From positions 24,187-88,186 of the forward strand of contig JAGCNZ010000096.1 of the NCBI GenBank assembly GCA_017645655.1: 64,000 nucleotides of DNA, read 5' to 3'. The translations under genes and the position numbers were made by a program. The stretch comes from Bacteroidaceae bacterium (GTDB taxonomy: Bacteria > Bacteroidota > Bacteroidia > Bacteroidales > Bacteroidaceae). This document shows positions 38,309 through 46,615 of the stretch, piece by piece. How positions within the stretch are numbered: the first letter of the stretch is position 1; each line of letters starts with the position of its first letter. The notes beneath the pieces were generated by a model. That model was given only the letters and a program-made list of their open reading frames with translations, did not search any database and had not been told where the DNA came from.

Positions 38309-40216
38309 TTAGAGAGGGGTCTTTTTAAATATTCTTGCGGTTATCAGATTGTTGAGTCGTTCTATGTTTCTCAGGTCGAGTCGCAGCCTGAGTCGGTAGC
38401 GCCAGATGCGCATGTAGACGAGTAGCCCCAGGGGGAAGAGTATGCCGAAAATCATGTTCAGGCGTTTGCTGTCGAACGGTCTGGTGTGTGCGCTCGGGTT
38501 GATTACCGGGTATTCGTTGACGTACATGAGCAGCACGTTGTCGCGCGTGTTGTGCAGTTCTTCCACGAGTTCCTCGAGTCGTTCGCTCAGTTCGGCAGCG
38601 TGCTTGTCCTGTCCGGGGTTGAAGAAGATGTCGAAGTAGTTGGGAATTCGGCGCAGATGCATCGTCTTTCGGCATTCCACGCAATAGAGCGAGAGTTCGG
38701 TCAGGCGGTCGGGTAGGGTGGCGTAGTCAGGGTCGTTGATGATTACTTCCTTCCTGTCGAGCTTGCGACTCGAGCGAAGGCCGAGCAGCTTCATGAAGAA
38801 GTTTTTGTAGCCCTCGATATTGAAGACTACGCTGTCGCGGTTTGCTTTGTGAGTGAGGAAGATGCCCGTGGCGAGCAGCACTGCCGAGCTGAGCCAGGCG
38901 CCGCTTTCTATCGTCCAGACACTCACTTTTGCATTGTTCTCGCCTGCTTGGTTGACGATGTAGTAGAAGATGAATATGATGACGCTGACCACGACTGGGA
39001 CGCCGAGTCCGCCTTTTCGGATGATGGCTCCGAGCGGTGCTCCGACGAAGAAGAACAGCAGGCAGGCCAGGCTGAGGGTGAACTTCTTGTACCACTCGAT
39101 GCGGTGCTTGCGGATGTTCAGGTTGCGGTCTCCGGTCTCGAGTGCTCGGAACTCACATTCGGCCTGCATTGTCTCAGCCTTGCTTCTTGCGTTTCGCCAG
39201 GCTTTGATGCGTTGGTCGTCGCGCATGGCGATGTAGAGCGAGTCGAAGGGCGGCATATCCTGCGCCTGTGCTACGACGGCGAGCGAGTCCTTCGTGCCCT
39301 CGGGCAGGCTCTTCTTCATGTACCATCGCAGCATGTTATCATACACCATGTGGCGTGCGCTGTCAGCCTTGTGCCGGAGGGAATCCACGCTGTGGCTGAT
39401 TTCGCCGAGGTTCTTGGTCTGCGCGTTGTGCGAGAATAGGTCGGCGTCCATCAGGTTGAAGTTGCCGTCGAAGGGGATGATGTCCTCTTCCATGACGAAC
39501 GACTCTCGCATGTATGGCACGTTTGCCCTGAGCATGGAGCTTTGCTGGGCGTCCATGTTGCGGAATCGCTCGCCTCCCCATAGCGAGAGTTTGAGGTGCA
39601 TCTTGTCGGCGGTGCTTTGCAATCTGGCACTGTCGGCCAGCACGATTTGCGTGTCGTTGTAGCCGCCGGTGTTGGTGTAGATCATCACGCCGTAGAGCAT
39701 TCCCGTCTCTCGGTCCTTGTGCTCGACGTAGAGATTGTAGCCTGGGATTTCGCTGTAGAAGATTCCTTCTGGTATTTCCAGCTCGGGGCTCTTCTGCTTC
39801 ATGCTCCATGCGAGTCGCGACAGTTCTCGTGTGGCATACGGGCTCACCCTGTTCTGGAAGACGAAGCTGGCGCCGCTGATGAGCGCTGCGACGAAGATGA
39901 GCGGTGCGAGGATGCGGACGAGTGGGATGCCGGCCGACTTCATGCTGAGCAACTCGAAGTGCTCGCCCAGGTTGCCGAACGAGATGAGACTGGCCAGCAG
40001 GACTGCCAGGGGCATCGACCTGGGGATGACCATCAGGCTGCTATACCAGAAGAACTTGGCCAGCAGGTCTATCGTGAGGCCCTTGCCGATGAGGTTGTTC
40101 ATCCACATCCACAGGAATTGCAGCACGAAGATGAAAAGGCAAATGAAGAACGTTCCTGCAAAAAGCAGCAGGAACTCCTTGATGATGTAGATGTCAAGTT
40201 TCTTGATAATCTTCAT
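38309..40216 (-). CDS. LptF/LptG (YjgP/YjgQ) family permease with a C-terminal extension of about 165 aa
   Basis: 635 aa. N-terminal LDIYIIKEFLLLFAGTFFICLFIFVLQ, a periplasmic beta-jellyroll region, C-terminal TM helices, and an extra tail. Confidence 0.7.
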   Translation of the reverse strand: MKIIKKLDIYIIKEFLLLFAGTFFICLFIFVLQFLWMWMNNLIGKGLTIDLLAKFFWYSSLMVIPRSMPLAVLLASLISFGNLGEHFELLSMKSAGIPLVRILAPLIFVAALISGASFVFQNRVSPYATRELSRLAWSMKQKSPELEIPEGIFYSEIPGYNLYVEHKDRETGMLYGVMIYTNTGGYNDTQIVLADSARLQSTADKMHLKLSLWGGERFRNMDAQQSSMLRANVPYMRESFVMEEDIIPFDGNFNLMDADLFSHNAQTKNLGEISHSVDSLRHKADSARHMVYDNMLRWYMKKSLPEGTKDSLAVVAQAQDMPPFDSLYIAMRDDQRIKAWRNARSKAETMQAECEFRALETGDRNLNIRKHRIEWYKKFTLSLACLLFFFVGAPLGAIIRKGGLGVPVVVSVIIFIFYYIVNQAGENNAKVSVWTIESGAWLSSAVLLATGIFLTHKANRDSVVFNIEGYKNFFMKLLGLRSSRKLDRKEVIINDPDYATLPDRLTELSLYCVECRKTMHLRRIPNYFDIFFNPGQDKHAAELSERLEELVEELHNTRDNVLLMYVNEYPVINPSAHTRPFDSKRLNMIFGILFPLGLLVYMRIWRYRLRLRLDLRNIERLNNLITARIFKKTPL

Positions 40217-40239
40217 TTCCGTGTGCGCACTTCGGTGCG

Positions 40240-40247
40240 CAAAGGTA
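40240..40247 (-). promoter_or_regulatory. -7 box (TACCTTTG on the minus strand) for the lptF/G-like gene
   Basis: The plus strand reads caaaggta, 24 nt upstream of ATG 40216. Confidence 0.5.
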
Positions 40248-40311
40248 CGAAAAATTTTGCTTCCGGCAAGACAAAGTGATGTTAATTAACCTTATATTTG
40301 CATACACTGGC

Positions 40312-40446
40312 AGCGTGCTCGCAAAACACGGCACGTTATGTCCGCAAACATCACGTGTTATGTTTGCAATTATCACGTGTAATATTTCAAATATCACGTG
40401 TTAAAATTGCAATTATCCCACGTTATGTTTTTCGGCGTCGCACGCT
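40312..40446. repeat. CACGTG-core phased repeat array, locus A5
   Basis: Cores AGCGTG 40312, CACGTT 40332, CACGTG 40352, CACGTG 40374, CACGTG 40395, CACGTT 40419, CACGCT 40441. Spacing 20/20/22/21/24/22. Confidence 0.8.
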
Positions 40447-40486
40447 ACGATTTCTTCGCCGCTGGCAAAACTTCACGTCAGGGTAC

Positions 40487-40516
40487 AAAAAAAAGGCACA
40501 TCGCTGTGCCTTTTTT
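40487..40516 (-). terminator. Rho-independent (bidirectional-looking) terminator downstream of fba
   Basis: aaaaaaaaggcaca-tcgc-tgtgcctttttt. On the minus strand the stem is followed by a T8 run. Confidence 0.7.
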
Positions 40517-40542
40517 GATTAATCTCTACAACCGAGCTTGTT

Positions 40543-40623
40543 GTTGCTTCGCTTGATGGAAATCTTGACTTCGTCGAGAATCTCCTGTTGCTTCGCTCGA
40601 TGGAAATCTTGACTTCGTCGAGA
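40543..40623. repeat. Two tandem copies of a 37-nt sequence (44-nt period) in the fba 3' region
   Basis: gttgcttcgc(t/c)tgatggaaatcttgacttcgtcgaga occurs at 40543-40579 and 40587-40623, with one mismatch. Confidence 0.8.
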
Positions 40624-40624
40624 T

Positions 40625-41623
40625 TTAGAGCTTGTTGTTACTGCCAAGCACTTCCACAATCTTGTGGATGTACATCTTCTTCATGTTCTCGCGAGCGGGC
40701 TTCAAGTACTGGCGAGGATCGAAATCACCCGGCTTCTCGTCGAAGTGCTTGCGGATGGCAGCGGTCATGGCAAGGCGGCTGTCGCTGTCGATGTTGATCT
40801 TGCAGACTGCACTCTTGCTTGCCTCGCGAAGTTGCTCTTCGGGAATGCCTACTGCGTCGGGCAGCTTGCCGCCGTGAGCATTGATGGTGTCCACCTCGTC
40901 CTGAGGAACGGAGCTTGAGCCGTGCAGCACGATGGGGAATCCAGGCAGACGCTTCTCAATCTCGTGGAGAATGTCGAATGCCAATGGAGGAGGCACGAGC
41001 TTGCCTGTCTTCGGGTCGCGTGTGCACTGCTCGGGAGTGAACTTGTATGCACCGTGGCTTGTGCCGATAGAGATAGCCAGGCTGTCGCAACCGCTGCGGG
41101 TGATGAAATCAACAACTTCCTCGGGCTTTGTGTAGTGAGACACTTCGCTTGCAACTTCGTCCTCGACGCCTGCCAGTACACCCAGCTCTGCCTCTACGGT
41201 AACGTCGTGTGCGTGAGCATACTCTACCACCTGCTTGGTGATGCGGATGTTCTCCTCGTAGGGGAGAGAGCTTCCGTCGAACATCACGCTGGAGAAACCA
41301 TTGTCGATGCAGTCCTTGCAAAGCTCGAAGCTGTCGCCGTGGTCGAGGTGGAGAACAATCTGAGGCTTCTCACAACCGAGTTCCTTAGCGTACTCGACTG
41401 CACCCTGTGCCATGTAGCGCAGGATAGTGCCGTTAGCGTAGTTGCGTGCGCCTTTGCTGACCTGCATGATGACAGGAGACTTTGTCTCTACTGCAGCCTG
41501 CACGATAGCTTGCATCTGCTCGAGTGTGTTGAAGTTGAATGCGGGGATGGCATAGCCGCCAGCCACTGCCTTAGCGAACATCTCGCGAGTGTTCACCAGA
41601 CCGAGTTCTTTGTAACTTGTCAT
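40625..41623 (-). CDS. fba: Class II fructose-1,6-bisphosphate aldolase
   Basis: 332 aa. IPAFNFNTLEQ, VLHLDHGDS and PIVLHGSSSVP. Confidence 0.95.
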   Translation of the reverse strand: MTSYKELGLVNTREMFAKAVAGGYAIPAFNFNTLEQMQAIVQAAVETKSPVIMQVSKGARNYANGTILRYMAQGAVEYAKELGCEKPQIVLHLDHGDSFELCKDCIDNGFSSVMFDGSSLPYEENIRITKQVVEYAHAHDVTVEAELGVLAGVEDEVASEVSHYTKPEEVVDFITRSGCDSLAISIGTSHGAYKFTPEQCTRDPKTGKLVPPPLAFDILHEIEKRLPGFPIVLHGSSSVPQDEVDTINAHGGKLPDAVGIPEEQLREASKSAVCKINIDSDSRLAMTAAIRKHFDEKPGDFDPRQYLKPARENMKKMYIHKIVEVLGSNNKL

Positions 41624-41677
41624 GATAATTTACAATTTAACTATTTACTATTTACAAATTGTTTGTTTTTGCGGGTG

Positions 41678-41685
41678 CAAAGGTA
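41678..41685 (-). promoter_or_regulatory. -7 box (TACCTTTG on the minus strand) for fba
   Basis: The plus strand reads caaaggta, 55 nt upstream of ATG 41623. Confidence 0.5.
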
Positions 41686-41859
41686 CAAAATAATGTTCAA
41701 AGTATAAAGTTTAGAGCCTAAAGTTTTGCTCTTTGCTGCACTTTTGCAATGTCTGCTTTGCAAGCCTAGGCCCTTCTTCCCTCTCACATCTTCGTGGATG
41801 CTTTGGCACCACGGCGCGCTTTTATGCGCGGAGCCCTCTTACATCTTCCGTCTTCCCCC

Positions 41860-42906
41860 TTACTTCATCTCCTTCACGATGTACGTCACCGTAGGCAAGT
41901 GGTCGCTGTAGCCGTTGAGCCATACGCCGCCGCTGGTCGTACGCTTCGGCGTGCCCTTGTACTTGCCGTCCTGCTGGATGAGGTAGTCGCGCTTGAAGAT
42001 ATGGTAGTTGTAGAGCGTCAGCTCCTTATATTCCTTTGTATCCTTCAGGTCGAGCATGTTGCGCGAGCAGACGATTTGGTCGAAGAGGTTCCATCCGCCC
42101 TGATACGACAGCGTGCCCTGTCCCTTTTTTCTGAGGATGTCCCACCACGGATTATAGAAGTCTCCCTCTTCCACATCTTTCATCTTGCGTCGTGCACCAA
42201 GGTACTTGGCCATCGACGTGTTGTCCGGGTCGTCATTCATATCGCCCATCACCATGATGTGCTGTGAGGGGTCGGCCATCCGGATGCTGTCTGTCAGCGC
42301 TCGTACCTGCTTGCCGCCCCAGTCGCGGAAGATACCTTCAGCACCTCGGCTCGGCCAGTGACAGACCACGACGGTCAGGTTGTCGCCAGCCAACTTGCCC
42401 TGCACGCAGAGGAACGGTCGGGTGGCATGCGACGTATCGCCGTTCTCATATTCATATAATTTATGGAAAGCCTTTGTCACTTGGAAAGCCTTAGGGTTGT
42501 AAAGGAGTGCGCAGTCCACACCTCTCTTGTCCGGTCCCTCGAAATGTATGTACTTGTAACCGCGCTGTTGCATGTTGGGCTGAGCGATAAGGTCGTCGAG
42601 CGCCTTGTCGTTCTCCACCTCGCTCACTCCGATAATGCTCGCTCCGTATGGCAACTTGTCCGTGCCCAAGTCACAAAGCGCACGGGCCATATTGGCAAGC
42701 TTGTTCGTGTACTTGTTCTCGTCCCAATGATACGAACCGTCGGGCAGGAAATCATAGTCGTTCTTTCCTGCATCGTGGCAAGTGTCGAAGAGGTTCTCCA
42801 AATTGTAGAAAGCAACGGCATGAACCATGAGCTTGCGGTTCTGCGCGCTGGTGTAGGCAGCGGACAAGAGTAGTGCTGCAACAATGGCAATGGATGTATG
42901 TTTCAT
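41860..42906 (-). CDS. Secreted endonuclease/exonuclease/phosphatase (EEP) family protein
   Basis: 348 aa with signal peptide ending TSAQ. AFYNLENLFD at the mature N-terminus, VVCHWPSRG, MGDMNDDP and GYSDHLPV are EEP catalytic motifs. Confidence 0.8.
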   Translation of the reverse strand: MKHTSIAIVAALLLSAAYTSAQNRKLMVHAVAFYNLENLFDTCHDAGKNDYDFLPDGSYHWDENKYTNKLANMARALCDLGTDKLPYGASIIGVSEVENDKALDDLIAQPNMQQRGYKYIHFEGPDKRGVDCALLYNPKAFQVTKAFHKLYEYENGDTSHATRPFLCVQGKLAGDNLTVVVCHWPSRGAEGIFRDWGGKQVRALTDSIRMADPSQHIMVMGDMNDDPDNTSMAKYLGARRKMKDVEEGDFYNPWWDILRKKGQGTLSYQGGWNLFDQIVCSRNMLDLKDTKEYKELTLYNYHIFKRDYLIQQDGKYKGTPKRTTSGGVWLNGYSDHLPTVTYIVKEMK

Positions 42907-42950
42907 GTTTTTTTGTGTTTTATCGAGTCAGCTTTCATTACTTCTCATTG

Positions 42951-42958
42951 CAAAGTTA
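42951..42958 (-). promoter_or_regulatory. -7 box (TAACTTTG on the minus strand) for the EEP gene
   Basis: The plus strand reads caaagtta, 45 nt upstream of ATG 42906. Confidence 0.45.
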
Positions 42959-43032
42959 ATGCTTTTTTGTGTAGAAAATGCAATTAACAAAAAAAATATG
43001 ACCTTACTTGCCGCAGATAGCATAATTTTTTA

Positions 43033-43040
43033 TAAGTTTG
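43033..43040 (+). promoter_or_regulatory. -7 box (TAAGTTTG) for the TonB-dependent receptor operon
   Basis: Lies 35 nt upstream of ATG 43075. Confidence 0.45.
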
Positions 43041-43074
43041 TGCCATAATAAACAAATTATAACACAAAATATAC

Positions 43075-45642
43075 ATGAAAATGAAACATCTGCTAATGGC
43101 GCTGACCCTTGTGGCGGCACCTCAAGTTCATGCACAGCCAGAAACGGCTGGCCTGGACACGCTGAGCACTGTGGAGCAAGAGTTGCAAACGGACGACAGC
43201 AACTTCACCTTTACCGAGTCGCAGCTCGGCGAGAACGACGACATGACGTCCGACGTCATTCGAATCAATTCCGCTACCAACGTCTATACAAGTCAGATTG
43301 GATGGACGTGGAGCGGCATCTGGTTCAAGTACCGTGCACTCGACAATGCCTACAACGACATCTACATGAATGGCGTGCAAGTCAACAATCCCGAGAACGG
43401 TAGATTCTCTTATTCAACAATCGGCGGCATGAATGACGCTGTCCGTAATAAAGACGATGTAAGTCCGTTCGAGACAAACAACTATTCGTTCAGCGGGTTG
43501 GGTGGAAGCAGCAACTACAACCTCAGAGCCAGCCAGATGCCGGCAGGGCATAAGGTGACTCTTTCGGGCGCCAACCGCAACTACACCCTGCGCGGCATGT
43601 ACAGCTACGGCACTGGCCTGAGCAAGGAAGGCTGGGCTTTCTTCGGAACAGTCGGCTATCGTTGGGCAAACATGCAGACGGCTGCCGTAAAGGGAACCTT
43701 CTACAACAGCCTCTCCTTCTTTATGGCTGTGCAGAAGATCATCAACGAGAAGCATTCGCTGAATCTCGCCGCTTGGGGCAACCCCACGGAAAGGGCTACG
43801 GCAGGTGCAAGCACAGACGAAGCAAACTGGCTCGCCAACGACTATCTCTACAATCCCTACTGGGGATATCAGGACGGCAAGAAGCGCGCGAGCCGCATTG
43901 TCAACAACTTCGAACCTAGCTTCCTCCTCACTTGGGACTATAACCTCAAGGAAGGCATGAAGCTCACCACCAGCGCTTTCTTGAAGTTCGCCGAGTATAA
44001 GAGCACCAAGCTTAATTATAGCGGCACCAATCCTCATCCCGACTACTGGAAGCGCTTCCCCTCTTACTATTATTATGTGTGGGACGACGACCCCAATAAA
44101 GAGCGCAGCTACGACGTTGATGCATTCTGGTCGAACTATAACTATTGGAAAGACGAGAGCTACAGACAGATTAACTTCGATGAGCTCTACTTTGCCAATA
44201 CGCAACTGAACAAGACTGGCGCTGATGCCATCTATTGGATAGAAGCACGCCACAACAATCATTTGATGACCAACTTGGCAAGCACTTACGAGTGGAACAT
44301 CAAACCCGGCGCAAAGTTCAGTGCAGGTGTCCAGTTGCTCAGCAACCGCGGCTCGCACTATAAGACTATCGACGACCTCCTGGGCGGTCAGTACTTCCAC
44401 AACACAAATACCTATCTTGTCGGCGACTATCAGGCGACTTCTACTGAGGCGATGTACGATGTGAATCATGGCTATCAGAGACTCATCGAGGGTGACCGCT
44501 ATGGTTACGACTACGACATATGGAATCAGGACGTCAAGTTGTGGACAGGTTTCAGCATGGATCGCGACATCGTCCACAGCTTCATCACCGGTAAGATTGG
44601 CGGAAGAAGAATGTGGCGCGAAGGTTTCATGCGCAACGGCCTCTTCCAGGATAACAGCTATGGTAAGAGCGAGAAGGCTCATTTCCTTGACGGCGGCTTG
44701 AAGATGGGAACGACAATCAACCTCGGCCGGGGGCATGCAATCAGTGCCGGCCTTGGTTATGAATACAAGGCTCCAGGGGCATCTGTTGCTTTCATGTGTC
44801 CCGAGATGAACAACGACTTTGTTCAAGACCTCGAGAACGAGAAGGTGCTTAGTGCTGAACTGGGTTATGCCATCAGCAACAAATGGTTCCGCCTGAACGT
44901 GAGCGGCTACTATTATCATATCAACGACGCTAACGAGTGGCAGCAGTTCTATAACGACGACAGCAATAGCTTCTCGTATAATAGCCTGACGGGAGTCAAG
45001 AAGGAATACTACGGCGTCGAGCTCGGCTTGAAGTTCAGGATAACCAGCAGCCTCGACCTCCTTGCTTTGGGTACCTATAGCGAAGCCAAATATATTGATG
45101 ACACGCAAGTCTATTGGATGAGCAGCACAACTGGCGAAATTAATCAGGAACTTTGCCACAACAAGGGAATGCGCCAAAGCGGCACGCCTCTGGCAGCTGC
45201 CAGCCTCGGCCTGAACTACCGCATCAAGCGTTGGTACCTCAACCTGACTGGTAACTATTACGACCGCATTTATCTCTCTTACAGCACGAACATGCGTTAT
45301 GAAAGGAACCTGAAGAATGCCGGACGCTATCATGGAGGCGAATACGATGTTCCTGCTCAGGCAAAAGGCAACGGAGGCTTTATGCTGGACGCAAGTATCG
45401 GTCGCCAGTTCAATGTGGCACATCATCCGCTTAGCGTCAACCTTCAGCTTTGCAACCTGACCAATCGCCGCAAGATTACCACAGGCGGTTACGAACAGAG
45501 CCGTAGTAACTACAGCGTTACAGAAACCGAAACAGGAAGCGCTGATCCTGTTACTATGCGTACTTACAACTTCGAGAAGAATGCCAAGAAGTTCTATGCT
45601 CTCGGCTTCAACTTCCTGCTCAACCTAAATTACAGGTTCTAA
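43075..45642 (+). CDS. TonB-dependent receptor-like outer-membrane beta-barrel (not SusC-type)
   Basis: 855 aa with signal peptide ending VHAQ. It has a plug-like KYRALDNAYNDIYMNGVQVNNPENG, a long beta-barrel, and a C-terminal LLNLNYRF ending in aromatic Phe. Confidence 0.7.
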   Translation: MKMKHLLMALTLVAAPQVHAQPETAGLDTLSTVEQELQTDDSNFTFTESQLGENDDMTSDVIRINSATNVYTSQIGWTWSGIWFKYRALDNAYNDIYMNGVQVNNPENGRFSYSTIGGMNDAVRNKDDVSPFETNNYSFSGLGGSSNYNLRASQMPAGHKVTLSGANRNYTLRGMYSYGTGLSKEGWAFFGTVGYRWANMQTAAVKGTFYNSLSFFMAVQKIINEKHSLNLAAWGNPTERATAGASTDEANWLANDYLYNPYWGYQDGKKRASRIVNNFEPSFLLTWDYNLKEGMKLTTSAFLKFAEYKSTKLNYSGTNPHPDYWKRFPSYYYYVWDDDPNKERSYDVDAFWSNYNYWKDESYRQINFDELYFANTQLNKTGADAIYWIEARHNNHLMTNLASTYEWNIKPGAKFSAGVQLLSNRGSHYKTIDDLLGGQYFHNTNTYLVGDYQATSTEAMYDVNHGYQRLIEGDRYGYDYDIWNQDVKLWTGFSMDRDIVHSFITGKIGGRRMWREGFMRNGLFQDNSYGKSEKAHFLDGGLKMGTTINLGRGHAISAGLGYEYKAPGASVAFMCPEMNNDFVQDLENEKVLSAELGYAISNKWFRLNVSGYYYHINDANEWQQFYNDDSNSFSYNSLTGVKKEYYGVELGLKFRITSSLDLLALGTYSEAKYIDDTQVYWMSSTTGEINQELCHNKGMRQSGTPLAAASLGLNYRIKRWYLNLTGNYYDRIYLSYSTNMRYERNLKNAGRYHGGEYDVPAQAKGNGGFMLDASIGRQFNVAHHPLSVNLQLCNLTNRRKITTGGYEQSRSNYSVTETETGSADPVTMRTYNFEKNAKKFYALGFNFLLNLNYRF

Positions 45643-45713
45643 TTGGGAGACACAAAACGACAATTGTTCAAGGCAAAGATTCTTATACATTATATATTAT
45701 ATATTTGAAAGCA

Positions 45714-46586
45714 ATGAAAAAACAAACATTCATCATAGCTCTTCTGGCAGGAGCGTTCGCTGTGACTTCTTGTCAGGACAGGGACTGGGAGGTTCCCGAG
45801 AGCCTCTCCACGCAGCCACCATACGGCAACAACAGTCTGGTGGCAGGCACCACAACGACTATTGCAGAGTTGCAGAATAGGTACGCAACAACCATAAAGA
45901 ATAGTAGTTATGAGCTCATCACCGATGACTTGTGGCTGCGTTGTGTCGTGACTGGCAACGATACTGGTGACAATATCTACAAGCAGATTTCTGTTCAAGA
46001 CGAGACTGCAGGCATCATCATTGGCATCAACGCTTCCGACCAGGGAGCTCTCATGCCCGTCGGTCAGAAGCTCCTCATCAACCTTAAGAACCTCTGCATA
46101 GGCGGATATGGAGAGATGGCGCAGCTTGGCACAAAATACTACAACAGCAATTACAGCGAATACCAGATAGGACGTATGGAGGTACCTTTCTGGCAAGAAC
46201 ACGTCCGACTCATCATGGATGGCACACCTGAGGCACAGGCCTTCGCTTCAATCAAGGTGGACACCATCGACTTCGATGCCAGCAAGACGATGGCCCAGCA
46301 GTGCGGCAGGGTGGTGCGCCTGAGTGGCGTGACCATCAGCAGAGACGGAACTCCTACCGTTGCACCAGACGATGGCTCGGTGAGTCTTGTCAGCAACTGC
46401 GTGAACCGTACCATCTCCGGAGGCAATGCAGGCAGCAAGTGCGTGCTTCGTACCAGCACGTATGCCGCCTTCAAGGGTGTGACGATTCCCACCACGCCGG
46501 TGGACATCTATGGCATCGCCACATACTATCGCGGGACATGGCAGATTCTTGCCCGTACGCAAACTGATTTGACTTGGACAAAATAA
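45714..46586 (+). CDS. Lipoprotein with OB-fold-like domain (resembles DUF5689)
   Basis: Lipobox AVTSC. TIAELQNRY...LRCVVTGNDTGDNIYKQISVQDETAGIIIGIN. The track start at 45705 is TTG; ATG 45714 is preferred. Confidence 0.5.
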   Translation: MKKQTFIIALLAGAFAVTSCQDRDWEVPESLSTQPPYGNNSLVAGTTTTIAELQNRYATTIKNSSYELITDDLWLRCVVTGNDTGDNIYKQISVQDETAGIIIGINASDQGALMPVGQKLLINLKNLCIGGYGEMAQLGTKYYNSNYSEYQIGRMEVPFWQEHVRLIMDGTPEAQAFASIKVDTIDFDASKTMAQQCGRVVRLSGVTISRDGTPTVAPDDGSVSLVSNCVNRTISGGNAGSKCVLRTSTYAAFKGVTIPTTPVDIYGIATYYRGTWQILARTQTDLTWTK

Positions 46587-46615
46587 AGAAAACAAACAAT
46601 AACACACATATCATT

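Noticed and set aside
43414-45426. A 670-aa ORF antisense to the TonB-dependent receptor gene.
   Set aside because: It is a shadow frame of a well-supported beta-barrel gene. It has no signal peptide, domain motifs or promoter box.
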